A DNA stretch of 64,000 nt from an uncultured Gemmatimonadales bacterium (lineage in GTDB: Bacteria; Gemmatimonadota; Gemmatimonadetes; Gemmatimonadales; GWC2-71-9). The notes under the pieces were generated by a model. It was not told where the DNA came from and searched no databases. It was given only the letters and a program-made list of their open reading frames with translations. Positions within the stretch are counted from its first letter, which is position 1, and the number at the start of each line of letters is the position of its first letter. Position numbers and translations under genes: made by a program. The stretch lies in the NCBI GenBank assembly GCA_963748815.1, contig CAVVKJ010000019.1, positions 25,921 to 89,920 of the forward strand, read 5' to 3'. This document shows positions 30,833-38,806 of the stretch, in pieces.

Positions 30833-31335
30833 CCGTCATCATCCGCGCCCTCCTCGCCGACATCACTACCCTCGACGTGGACGCCATCGTCAACGCCGCC
30901 AACGACCAGTTGGCCCCCGGCGGCGGCGTCTGCGGTGCGATCCATCGCGCCGCCGGCCCCGAGCTCGCCGAGGCATGCGCCCCTCTCCGCCCCTGCCCTG
31001 CCGGCGAAGCGCGCGTCACCCCCGGCTTCAACCTCCCCGCCCGTCTCGTGATCCACGCCGTCGGTCCCCGCTGGCTCGGCGGCGACCAGGGAGAGCCGGA
31101 GCAGCTGGCCGGCGCCTATCGCTCGGCGTTCCGCCTGGCGCAGGAGAGCATGGTCAAGACCCTCGCGTTCCCCGCCATCAGCACCGGCATCTTCGGGTAT
31201 CCGCTGCACCCGGCCACGGCCATTGCCGTGCGGGTGACGCGGGAGGTGGCGCCGGCGTCGGGGGTGGAGGAAGTCATCTTCGTCTGCTTCAGCGAGGAAG
31301 TGCTGGGGGCGTATCGGAAGGAAGGAGTGGAATGA
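30829..31335 (+). CDS. macro-domain protein (YmdB-like O-acetyl-ADP-ribose deacetylase/ADP-ribosylhydrolase)
   Basis: ATGA overlap with the NTase gene. 'DITTLDVDAIVNAAN..L.PGGGVCGAIHRAAGPEL', 'VIHAVGP', 'AFPAISTGIFGYP'. Confidence 0.9.
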   Translation: MTVIIRALLADITTLDVDAIVNAANDQLAPGGGVCGAIHRAAGPELAEACAPLRPCPAGEARVTPGFNLPARLVIHAVGPRWLGGDQGEPEQLAGAYRSAFRLAQESMVKTLAFPAISTGIFGYPLHPATAIAVRVTREVAPASGVEEVIFVCFSEEVLGAYRKEGVE

Positions 31336-31391
31336 TCCCTCGCGCGTGATTCCGGTTGTGACCTTTCGCTGATGGGTACCAAGACTATAGG

Positions 31392-31420
31392 GGCTCACGC
31401 GAAGGCGCGAAGACGCGAAG
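31392..31420 (-). repeat. family A repeat, reverse orientation
   Basis: GGCTCACGCGAAGGCGCGAAGACGCGAAG. Confidence 0.9.
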
Positions 31421-31431
31421 GAGACAGCGGT

Positions 31432-31854
31432 ATGAACGCAGAGGAGGTCTCCTCGGCTATTGTGGATACTGCATTTCACCTGCACAGAGGGATAGGACCG
31501 GGGCTCCTGGAGTCGGTCTACGAATCACTCCTGTCGAGTCTGCTGGAACGTCGGGACCTGAAGGTAGAACGACAAGTACTCGTCGAGTTCGATTTCGACG
31601 GGGTTCACTTCTCGGAGGGATTACGGCTGGACTTGTTGGTGGAAGGCTTGGTGGTGGTTGAACTCAAGTCGGTGGAGCGATTGGCGCCGGTCCACCCGAA
31701 ACAACTTCTGACATACCTCCGACTATTGCATCTCCCGCTCGGCCTCCTCATCAACTTCGGCGCACCCACCTTCAAGGAAGGCGTCAAGCGAGTCGTCAAC
31801 CATCACACCAACTTCGCGTCTTCGCGCCTTCGCGTGAACCAACGGTCCGACTAA
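31432..31854 (+). CDS. GxxExxY-family protein (PD-(D/E)XK-like)
   Basis: 'GPGLLESVYE', 'DLLVEGLVVVELKSV', 'QLLTYLRL...GLLINFG'. The last 14 codons ('NFASSRLRVNQRSD') are read from a family A repeat. Confidence 0.85.
   Translation: MNAEEVSSAIVDTAFHLHRGIGPGLLESVYESLLSSLLERRDLKVERQVLVEFDFDGVHFSEGLRLDLLVEGLVVVELKSVERLAPVHPKQLLTYLRLLHLPLGLLINFGAPTFKEGVKRVVNHHTNFASSRLRVNQRSD
31812..31840 (+). repeat. family A repeat, forward
   Basis: CTTCGCGTCTTCGCGCCTTCGCGTGAACC. Confidence 0.9.
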
Positions 31855-32444
31855 AGAACCCCGGCAATCGCGTAGGCGATCTTCTCCGCCCCCTGCGAGG
31901 ACGGTTCGATCTCCAGCACGAAGTCCTCCTCCTCCGTGCACACTCGCCGCAATTCCAGCACCTCCAGCCCCAATTCCTCGCCGACCCACCGGATCCGATC
32001 GTTGATCAGCCCGAGGGGGACGCGGGCAAGCCGGCCCGCCATCGGCGGCTGCAGCGGCACCTCGTAGATGGTGCAGAGCACCGTCCTTTCCGTGCGCTCC
32101 ATGACCGACCGCGCCGCCACCTCGTACTGCAGGTGGAACCCGTCGGCGATGGCCAGCAGTTCCGCCAGGACCTCGGCCGCCGAGGTGGCGGGCCGCTCGA
32201 TGATCTCGATGTAGGGCACCAGGTCGTTCCCGCCGATGCTCAGCACCGCGACATCCGGCCGATAGTCCAGCGCCTCGAGCTGACGCGGCAGGCCGCGCAT
32301 GGTGGCGCCGTCCTGCGCCAGCCGCTTCACCGACCAGGTCGGGGCCAGCAGCGGCTCCAGGTGCGCGGTCGTGTCCGGCTCCGGGTGGGTGTAAGGGGCG
32401 TTGTCGAGGATCGAATCGCCGAGGAGGAGGAGGGTCTGGGTCAT
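31851..32444 (-). CDS. SGNH/GDSL-family hydrolase
   Basis: ATG 32444. 'LLLLGDSILDN' (block I Ser), 'LSIGGNDL' (block III). 197 aa. Confidence 0.8.
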   Translation of the reverse strand: MTQTLLLLGDSILDNAPYTHPEPDTTAHLEPLLAPTWSVKRLAQDGATMRGLPRQLEALDYRPDVAVLSIGGNDLVPYIEIIERPATSAAEVLAELLAIADGFHLQYEVAARSVMERTERTVLCTIYEVPLQPPMAGRLARVPLGLINDRIRWVGEELGLEVLELRRVCTEEEDFVLEIEPSSQGAEKIAYAIAGVL

Positions 32445-32450
32445 TGATAT

Positions 32451-32485
32451 CTCACGCGAAGACGCGAAGGCGCGAAGGCGCGAAG
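32451..32485 (-). repeat. family A repeat, reverse (4 units)
   Basis: CTCACGCGAAGACGCGAAGGCGCGAAGGCGCGAAG. Confidence 0.9.
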
Positions 32486-32579
32486 CTGGGTCGGACAAGT
32501 ATGTCACACCCCTCTGACATCTTGGCCTTTCACGTTAGTTGGTCTGACCGGAGCATTGACCAGGAGGAGAGGGAACCCG

Positions 32580-32945
32580 ATGCCTGACTGGAAACCGAGC
32601 CCGATTGCCGGGAAGTTCTACACCGTAGAGGACCTCATGAACCTGCCGCCGGCAGGATGCGTCAATCCCGCGAAGTCCCGGGAGGTGAGCCGGAACCTGC
32701 CGGTGCGGTTCTGGATGGAGACGGCCGAGCTGGTGGCCATTCTCGAGGCCAACATCGAGCTGATCAGGCTCAACCAGGAGCGGGCCAGCGCAGATGACGC
32801 CCGCCAGGCCGAGGTGCTGATTGCGCAGCGACGGCTCTGGGTCCGCCACCTGCTGGAGGCAGACGAGGAAGAGACCTTCATCGGCATCTTTCCCGCGTCG
32901 TTCGCCGGCGACGAATACGATCAGGAGGAGGCCATCACCGGCTAG
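32580..32945 (+). CDS. hypothetical small protein, paralogue of 39074-39373
   Basis: ATG 32580 after AGGAGGAGAGGGAA. 'FYTVEDLMNLPPAG...ELVAILEANIELIRLNQERASADDARQAEVLIAQRRLW' aligns with 'FHTVEELMNLPQAA...ELFELQAMNIEIHQANQMECAPEDARQNAILTERRQLG'. Confidence 0.55.
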   Translation: MPDWKPSPIAGKFYTVEDLMNLPPAGCVNPAKSREVSRNLPVRFWMETAELVAILEANIELIRLNQERASADDARQAEVLIAQRRLWVRHLLEADEEETFIGIFPASFAGDEYDQEEAITG

Positions 32946-32950
32946 TTCCT

Positions 32951-32995
32951 CTTCGCGACTTCGCGTGAGCCGAATCAGTTCACACGAAGTCGCGA
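32951..32995. repeat. family A repeat, forward, plus a partial reverse unit
   Basis: CTTCGCGACTTCGCGTGAGCC (32951-32971); CACACGAAGTCGCGA (32981-32995). Confidence 0.85.
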
Positions 32996-33002
32996 TCTTT
33001 CA

Positions 33003-33047
33003 CCTCACCCCCTGTCCCCCTCTCCATGATATGGAGAGGGGGAACGC
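33003..33047. repeat. family B palindrome (inverse orientation)
   Basis: CCTCACCCCCTGTCCCCCTCTCCATGATATGGAGAGGGGGAACGCC. Confidence 0.85.
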
Positions 33048-33056
33048 CGAGCGAAG

Positions 33057-34313
33057 CTACGGCATCCGCATCTTCCTGCCGAGGAGGTCTTTCGCTTCCC
33101 GGATGTTGTAGGACTCGAAACGCTCGCGCTTGAGCGAGTACTGGTCGAACCGCTCCCGGTGCCTGTGGGCCAGCTGTTCCAACTCGCGCACCAGGCGCCG
33201 CATTTCGGGGTCATGTCCGGCGTACTCCTTGATCCGACGGGCGGTGGCCAGCAGTACGCTGCGCGCCTTCTCCAGTTCGCCGATCCGGTTCAGCTCGGCC
33301 GCTTCCTCGCGGGCCTGGGCGGCGTAGCGCTGGGCCACGGCGAGGTCCACCGACTGGTCGCGCACCTGGGCGTCGTTGGCGGGGTGGTCGGCGTACTCCC
33401 ACTCGATCCGCTCGGGGCGGACCTGCAGTACACCGTCACGATCGGCCAGGGAGACACTGATACCGGAGCTGGCGCCCATGGCACCGCGGGGGAACGTCAC
33501 GCGGAGTACCGCGTCCACCTGCTGGCGGCTGACGAGGTCGTCGAGCGCGACTTCCACGGTGCGGCCGTTTCGGGTGACGCGGCGACCGTCGAGCGAGTGA
33601 ATGATCAGGCCGGGGTCGGCTTCGACGACGACGCTGGCGTCCCGTGACACGACCTCGAGCGCCTCGCCCAGTTCGCTCATCAGGAAATCGGCAATCTGTT
33701 CCGGACGCTCGAGGTAGTAGAAGTTCCCGCCGCCGGCCCGGGCCATGCCCTCCATGAGCCGCTCGTCGAAATCGCGCCCGATGCCGAAGGTGCTGGTGGC
33801 GACGCCGCGGGCGCGGAGTTCGCCGGCATGCGTTTGGAGCGCACCCACGTCGGTGATGCCGGCGTTCGCCAGGCCGTCACTCAGCAGCAGCGTGCGGGCG
33901 ACGGTGTTCGCGCGCTCGGCGCGAGCCACCTCTTCGCAGCCCGTCAGCCAGCCGCCGGAGAGGTTGGTGGAGCTGCCGGAATCGAGATGGTCGATTGCCG
34001 AGAGGAGGCGGCGCTTGTGGTCGTGATCGAGGAGCGCGCCGCCGGCCAGGAGCTCCACCTCGGTGTCGTAGGCCACCAGGGCCACGTGGTCGCGGGGGCC
34101 GAGAAGTTCGACCGCGCGGCGGGCAGCCAACTTCGCCAGTTCCAGCTTGTCGCCGTCCATCGAGCCCGACTTGTCGATGACGAGTGCGACGTCGAGCGGC
34201 AAACGTTCGCGCTGACGCGGGGCCTCGGGGGCGGTGAAGCGGATGCGGACATAGCGGGTGCTGTGGACGCCGGCGCGGACCAGCCTCCGGTCGGTATGGA
34301 TGTGCAGTGTCAT
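33057..34313 (-). CDS. von Willebrand factor type A (vWA) domain protein with beta-rich and coiled-coil C-terminal regions
   Basis: ATG 34313. MIDAS 'VIDKSGSMDG'; 'SGSSTNLSGG'; 'LLSDGLAN'. Helical tail 'AQREEAAELNRIGELEKARSVL'. Confidence 0.8.
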   Translation of the reverse strand: MTLHIHTDRRLVRAGVHSTRYVRIRFTAPEAPRQRERLPLDVALVIDKSGSMDGDKLELAKLAARRAVELLGPRDHVALVAYDTEVELLAGGALLDHDHKRRLLSAIDHLDSGSSTNLSGGWLTGCEEVARAERANTVARTLLLSDGLANAGITDVGALQTHAGELRARGVATSTFGIGRDFDERLMEGMARAGGGNFYYLERPEQIADFLMSELGEALEVVSRDASVVVEADPGLIIHSLDGRRVTRNGRTVEVALDDLVSRQQVDAVLRVTFPRGAMGASSGISVSLADRDGVLQVRPERIEWEYADHPANDAQVRDQSVDLAVAQRYAAQAREEAAELNRIGELEKARSVLLATARRIKEYAGHDPEMRRLVRELEQLAHRHRERFDQYSLKRERFESYNIREAKDLLGRKMRMP

Positions 34314-34840
34314 AGACCCTCCCCAGTATTGATGAGCCGATCGGCGAGTTCGACCAGCCGACTCACCAACTTCGTCTCGTGGTGTGACAACGGGCTTCGA
34401 ACGTGCATCTCGATGTTGGGGGTGAGGGATATCCGCTCCCAGGAGTCGCGGGAGCGTTGGGAAGGGGTGGCGACCGTCCGCTGCGGGGTCCGTTCCGCGC
34501 GGAAGAAGGGGGTTTCGCGTTCGGCGCCCATCCGGATGGAGCGGGCGTAGTCGGCGGCGGATTTGCGGCGCTGCTGAACCTCGGCGAGGGTCCTGGCCAC
34601 CTCGGCGTCGTCCATCGGGGCCAGCCGGTCCTGGATCTCGGCCAAGGTCAGGCGCTCCTTTTGGAGGGCCCGGATGAGCTCGAGGCGCTGGACATCGGAG
34701 TCGCCGTAGAGGACCTTGACCCCGCGGAGGCCGGGGGAGTCCATCAGCCCTTCGTTCTGGTAAAACCTTATGGTACGGACACTTAGACCGGTGGCGGCGG
34801 CGAGATCCTGGATGGAGAGGTCGTCGGAGTTGAGGAGCAT
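34310..34840 (-). CDS. MerR-family transcriptional regulator
   Basis: 'LSIQDLAAATGLSVRTIRFYQNEGLM' HTH. ATGA overlap with the vWA gene start. Confidence 0.85.
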   Translation of the reverse strand: MLLNSDDLSIQDLAAATGLSVRTIRFYQNEGLMDSPGLRGVKVLYGDSDVQRLELIRALQKERLTLAEIQDRLAPMDDAEVARTLAEVQQRRKSAADYARSIRMGAERETPFFRAERTPQRTVATPSQRSRDSWERISLTPNIEMHVRSPLSHHETKLVSRLVELADRLINTGEGL

Positions 34841-34852
34841 GGCAGTAAATGT

Positions 34853-34876
34853 ACAGTTTGACTGTTATACTGTCAA
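34853..34876. promoter_or_regulatory. imperfect dyad in the MerR / 34996 divergent spacer (candidate MerR operator)
   Basis: ACAGT-TTG-ACTGT and TTGAC-N9-GTCAA overlapping dyads (34853-34876), 13 nt upstream of the MerR start codon. Confidence 0.35.
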
Positions 34877-34995
34877 TACCCATGGTCCCTGGAGTTGATG
34901 TCTCCGGCCGCTCGTCCAAGCCACTTGTGTTCCGTCCTTTCCGTGACAGACTTTGAAACGCTGATCATCCCACCACCAAGAGCGAGAGGGAAGCG

Positions 34996-35591
34996 ATGGA
35001 ACAGAACCCAATCCATTTCGAGCCCTGGAAGGCGAGTTGTTCAAGAGTGGCGAAGGCCAGCTCGGCTCCAAACGGCTCCTAGTCCTCGGCGAGGCGCATT
35101 ACTCCGACCATCCTGAGGATGAGACCCCGGAGCTCACGTGCAACCTGCTTCAGACCATCACTGATGGGACCAGGTCGATCGCGTATTTCACAAAGCTCGA
35201 GCACCTGCTCGCCGGTTGCCAGAACGGTGACGGAAGACGCCGTGTCGGGCTTCAATGGGGTTCTACACTTTGACAGGGACTCGTCGCGAAGGCGCGAAGA
35301 CGCGAAGACGCGAAGAGGGGGCTCACACGAAGGCGCATTTGCGGTGTGCTGGCAGAATTGAAACCTCAACGAGTCCTCGTCACCGGCGTCGAACTCTGGA
35401 ACGCACTGAGCCATGGACTCTTTCCGGGCTGGACGTCCAGATCAATGACGCCGGGATTCGACGGCCCGATTTACGAATGGAGTTCGGTGGACCACCAGCC
35501 ACAGGTCTGCGCCACCTGGATCAGCCACCCATCCTCCGGCTCATCCGCCTACGAGAAGTGGACCGAGCGGATTGACACGCTCATGGAGTAG
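34996..35591 (+). pseudogene. hypothetical protein interrupted by a frameshift, a TGA and a 51-nt family A repeat block
   Basis: ATG 34996 after GAGAGGGAAG ('MEQNPIHFEPWK'). It then shifts to the frame of ORF 35037 ('ELFKSGEGQLGSKRLLVLGEAHY..'). TGA at 35271-35273. The repeat sits at 35285-35335. The same frame resumes as 'VLAELKPQRVLVTGVELWNAL...ISHPSSGSS..'. Confidence 0.45.
35285..35335 (-). repeat. family A repeat block (4 CGCGAAG units + GGGCTCACACGAAGGCG) inside an ORF
   Basis: CGCGAAGGCGCGAAGACGCGAAGACGCGAAGAGGGGGCTCACACGAAGGCG. Confidence 0.9.
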
Positions 35592-36193
35592 GCAATCAGC
35601 GAACCCTGCTGTCACACCCCCATGCGATTGTTCGGGTCAACCGTACCACCAACCCGAGCGTGCAATGGACTACCCGTCGAACCCACTAACTCTCTTTCCT
35701 CCTGCAATCCATGAGCTGCTCGACCGGCAATGCAAGTCCTGGAAGCCACACCACGCCGCACTTGTTGTTGTCTTTCGTGTATGGCAACTCGGTGCAGCGC
35801 TTCGGTGGAACGTGGCGCCTCCTCCCTGTTCTACGGATTGGTGCGACTCGAATTGGCGTGTGAGCTCCGACCGACTTGGCTGGCTGGCCGAAGGCAGGGA
35901 GTACGTCCGTCGGAGTTCGGGCCTCACTTCATCAGCCTCGTGGCGGGGTGGAGTTGGGCCGGCCGGAACACGTTCCTCATCGGGGGTTTCCGCCTGCCGC
36001 ATCGTACACGCCTCAAGCGGCGGTACCGCGGAGTCTCCGCATGCTGAGCGGGCAATCCAGCGCCGCGCAGCGTGAATTTCCGACAGTGTTCGCGGCTTCG
36101 CGCGAAGAGGGAACGGTCACCTTCTGGAAGGCGCGCGCGGCCAAGTGCGCGTGCCCCCGGTGTCGGAGCATGAAGTCATCCTGGAACCGGGTC

Positions 36194-36773
36194 TCAAGAA
36201 GTCGCTGCTCGACTGGCTGGACCATTTCTGGAATCAGCAGTCAGCGGCTCGGAACTGGGCCTGACGCCGAGGGGACCCCGCTCGGCCACACCCATCATCT
36301 CCGTGTAGCCAGCCGGAATAGGTCCAGTCCCGGCCTTCCCGGACGGGATGGCCATCTGTATGTCGCCACCACCTCAGGGCGGCAAGCCGATTGCTTCAGC
36401 CGATGCTCGGCCTCTCGCGCCAGCTCGGCGAACCGCTGCACGAGGACTTGTCGGCGAGCACCCGGGCGGTGTGTGGCGCGCATCCGTCCAATGTGAAGTA
36501 ATTGTTCTCGGCGTCCCCCGTTGTGTATCGGGCGGCTCGCGCCAAGGGATCGTGATCCAGTCGCACCGTTGTCGTGGAGGATGTACAGGGCAAGCCAGCG
36601 GGTAGGACGCCGCGTCTGTTCGCCGGAAGAACAGGCCGCTCGGTGCGTTCGCGGAGACGATCCGAAGGCCGCTGGTAGCCGCGCTTGTGCAGTTCGTGCA
36701 CCATCTGGAGGACGCGCACTGCCCGGCGGACAATGGGCTCAGGCGAGCGGACGCTCGGCTTGGGAGTAGCCAT
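36194..36773 (-). pseudogene. conserved hypothetical protein, at least 3 frameshifts (last gene of the HEPN/DUF429 operon)
   Basis: ATG 36773 directly abuts the DUF429 stop (TAGATG). 'MATPKPSVRSPEPIVRRAVRVLQMVHELHKRGYQR', then 'LRIVSANAPSGLFFRR', 'ARYTTGDAENNYFT', 'LADKFLVQRFAELAREAEH', 'AGYTEMMGVAERGPL' in changing frames. Confidence 0.45.
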
Positions 36774-37550
36774 CTAGAATGCCCTTTCTGCGGCTTGGAG
36801 GCAGCAGGAGATGGAGCACGCGCATTGAATGGCCAAGGCGAGCATCCTACGCCAGGCCACCATCTCCATGCGAAGTCGGTACTCGTCGCGAGGAGGATTC
36901 TCGGGGAAGCAGACCGCGTCGCCTCGGCGGATTCGCCTGGCAGTCCAGAGGCCAGCGAACGCATTGAGGATGTCATCCGCCTCACAGCCGAGGTCTTGGC
37001 GTGCGGTGAGGGCGGCATCGATAGCTCCCCCAAACTCCGTCCGAAGGAGTCCCGCCCGTCTTGCCTGACCTTCTGGTGAACGCTTCTTCGCGACAATCGG
37101 CTCGCCCCCCGCCAGGTGAAAGAAGCAGAGCTCGGGATGGACTTCGCGCACATGACCCCGGAGGGAGGGGTCACCCCGCATCAGATCGTCGACCTCACGA
37201 ATCTTCGGGAGGATTGCCCAGGCCTGTTTCGACAGGGCCCGACCCTCGATGCGGCGCCCGATGGCACAGGCGTCCGAATAGGTGGATGCCGTGAGCATCG
37301 GCCGGATCGGGGCCGTGAACACTGAACGACCTCTCGGCTGTCCGAGCAGTTGGCGCGCCGCGATGTCGCACTCGCGGCTGCCAGACGACATCAGCCCTAT
37401 CGGGATATCAAGCGCCAGAAGTTCCGGCGGGTTCGGTGAATCAAGAAGAGCCCGGACCGACGGCACGACCTCCCAGGAGATTCGCCCGTCCGCACTCTCG
37501 CGGATCACGGCCCAGCCGCCCTTGCACCCGTCCGCTCCGGCAATGATCAC
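36774..37550 (-). CDS. DUF429-family protein (predicted RNase H-like fold nuclease)
   Basis: 'IIAGADGCKGGWAV', 'LALDIPIGL', 'RECDIAARQLLGQPRGRSVFTAP', 'LSKQAWAILPKIREVD'. GTG 37550 has AGAAGGTGG upstream; the alternative GTG 37586 would overlap the upstream gene. Confidence 0.75.
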   Translation of the reverse strand: MIIAGADGCKGGWAVIRESADGRISWEVVPSVRALLDSPNPPELLALDIPIGLMSSGSRECDIAARQLLGQPRGRSVFTAPIRPMLTASTYSDACAIGRRIEGRALSKQAWAILPKIREVDDLMRGDPSLRGHVREVHPELCFFHLAGGEPIVAKKRSPEGQARRAGLLRTEFGGAIDAALTARQDLGCEADDILNAFAGLWTARRIRRGDAVCFPENPPRDEYRLRMEMVAWRRMLALAIQCACSISCCLQAAERAF

Positions 37551-37578
37551 GAGGCGGCACCACCTTCTCAACGGAGAA

Positions 37579-38806
37579 TCAGCCACGCTTCACCTGACAC
37601 TTCGCCAACTCTACCAGCACCCCGTGACACCCGATCCCCACAATCTGCACACGCCAACGCTGGGCCACCGTCCGCGGGACCCGGGCGGCGTGCGAGCCGG
37701 GGTTCCGGTCCTTCGCCAAGGCGTCGAGAATGGGGGGCAGCTGCGTCGCGTACCACCCGCCGTTCTCCAGCCGCTTCCCCAGGAATTGCGCCCGCTCACG
37801 GTCCCCGCCGATCACGCGCGCAAGCTGCCCAAGCGACAGCGAGCCGCTCCGGGCCAAGTCCTCCGTCGAGCCATCGATGTTCGCCAGCCGGATCGCCTCC
37901 GGCGCGTCTTGCAACGCACAGAGAAGGATCCGGTTCACCTGTACTTCGACGGCCTTGGCCAACGGCCCCATCGACGCCTGAAAGTCGAAGGCGTCATCCT
38001 CCCGATGATCGCGGAACACCTTCTCCCCGGTCGCGACAAACGTCCGGGCAACCGGATTCGAGGGCCTGCCACGCGGCGTCCCCGAGGAGATTCTCGCGAA
38101 GCTCCCGCTGCATCAGGCCCGTCCCCCCCGATTCCGCGTCAAATTCCGCCCAATACCGCCCCTCCGCGAGGGGCGCGTAGGCCGCCTCGTCGAAGTACCG
38201 ATGGCCATCGGGCCGGATCACCACCAGCGGCAAGTCGACCATTCCTCCGTAGAGGGAAACGGGACGGTCGTGGTAGTGGACATTCCGGAGATGACGAACC
38301 TCCTCGACGACGGAAAGGGTGTCGTCGAGCACGAGTCGTCGGATGTCACGAAGCCTGAACCAGCAGTCGCACCGGAGATCATCCTCGCGGTAGTACACGG
38401 GCAGGTGGTCCGGATCGACGCTGGCAACGTCCTCGAAGGTGATCTCGTCCACGTCCGCCACATAGAGCGAACGGTAGTCGGTCAGGTACAGCTGCAATTC
38501 GCGGGTCTGGTCCTGGCGCAACTCCTCCGCCATCCGCTTCAGGTCGTCGCCGTGCGCCATTCCCTGCTGCCGGTTTTCGGACCGAATCTTTCCCCACCAG
38601 ACGTACACGTCGTCGTCGTCGGACTTGCGCTCTCTCCAGGCCTGGATCCGTGACAACAGGATGCCCAGGTGCGCCTCCATCGCATTCGACGCATAGGCCG
38701 GATTCCAGACACCGAGGAGATGCTGAACGGGAGGGTTCACGGGGCCGCCGTTGGGGTGGGTGGGAGGTGCCGGGCTCAAGATGTGGGTACCTCCGGGAGG
38801 GCACAA
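37579..38806 (-). CDS. two-domain hypothetical protein: unknown N-terminal domain + C-terminal HEPN-like domain; one frameshift near 38,060
   Basis: ORF 37994-38806 ('VYVWWGKIRSENRQ', 'LYLTDYRSLYVADV', 'DRPVSLYGGMVDLPLVV') joins ORF 37579-38019 as '..AAWQALES/NPVARTFVATGEKVFRDH..'. C-terminal 'LAKDRNPGSHAARV' fits the HEPN R-x4-H motif. Start uncertain (TTG 38806, GTG 38740, ATG 38680). Confidence 0.6.

Noticed and set aside
30829-31335. DarTG toxin-antitoxin
   Set aside because: A macro domain is present but no DarT (DUF4433-like) ORF is adjacent. The partner is an NTase-fold protein, so it is reported as a distinct candidate instead.
35600-36190. ORFs 35572-36075, 35730-36047, 35670-36002, 36013-36225
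   Set aside because: They are mutually overlapping, with no recognisable motifs, no convincing start context and intermediate G+C. This is possibly decayed DNA, so I left it unannotated.
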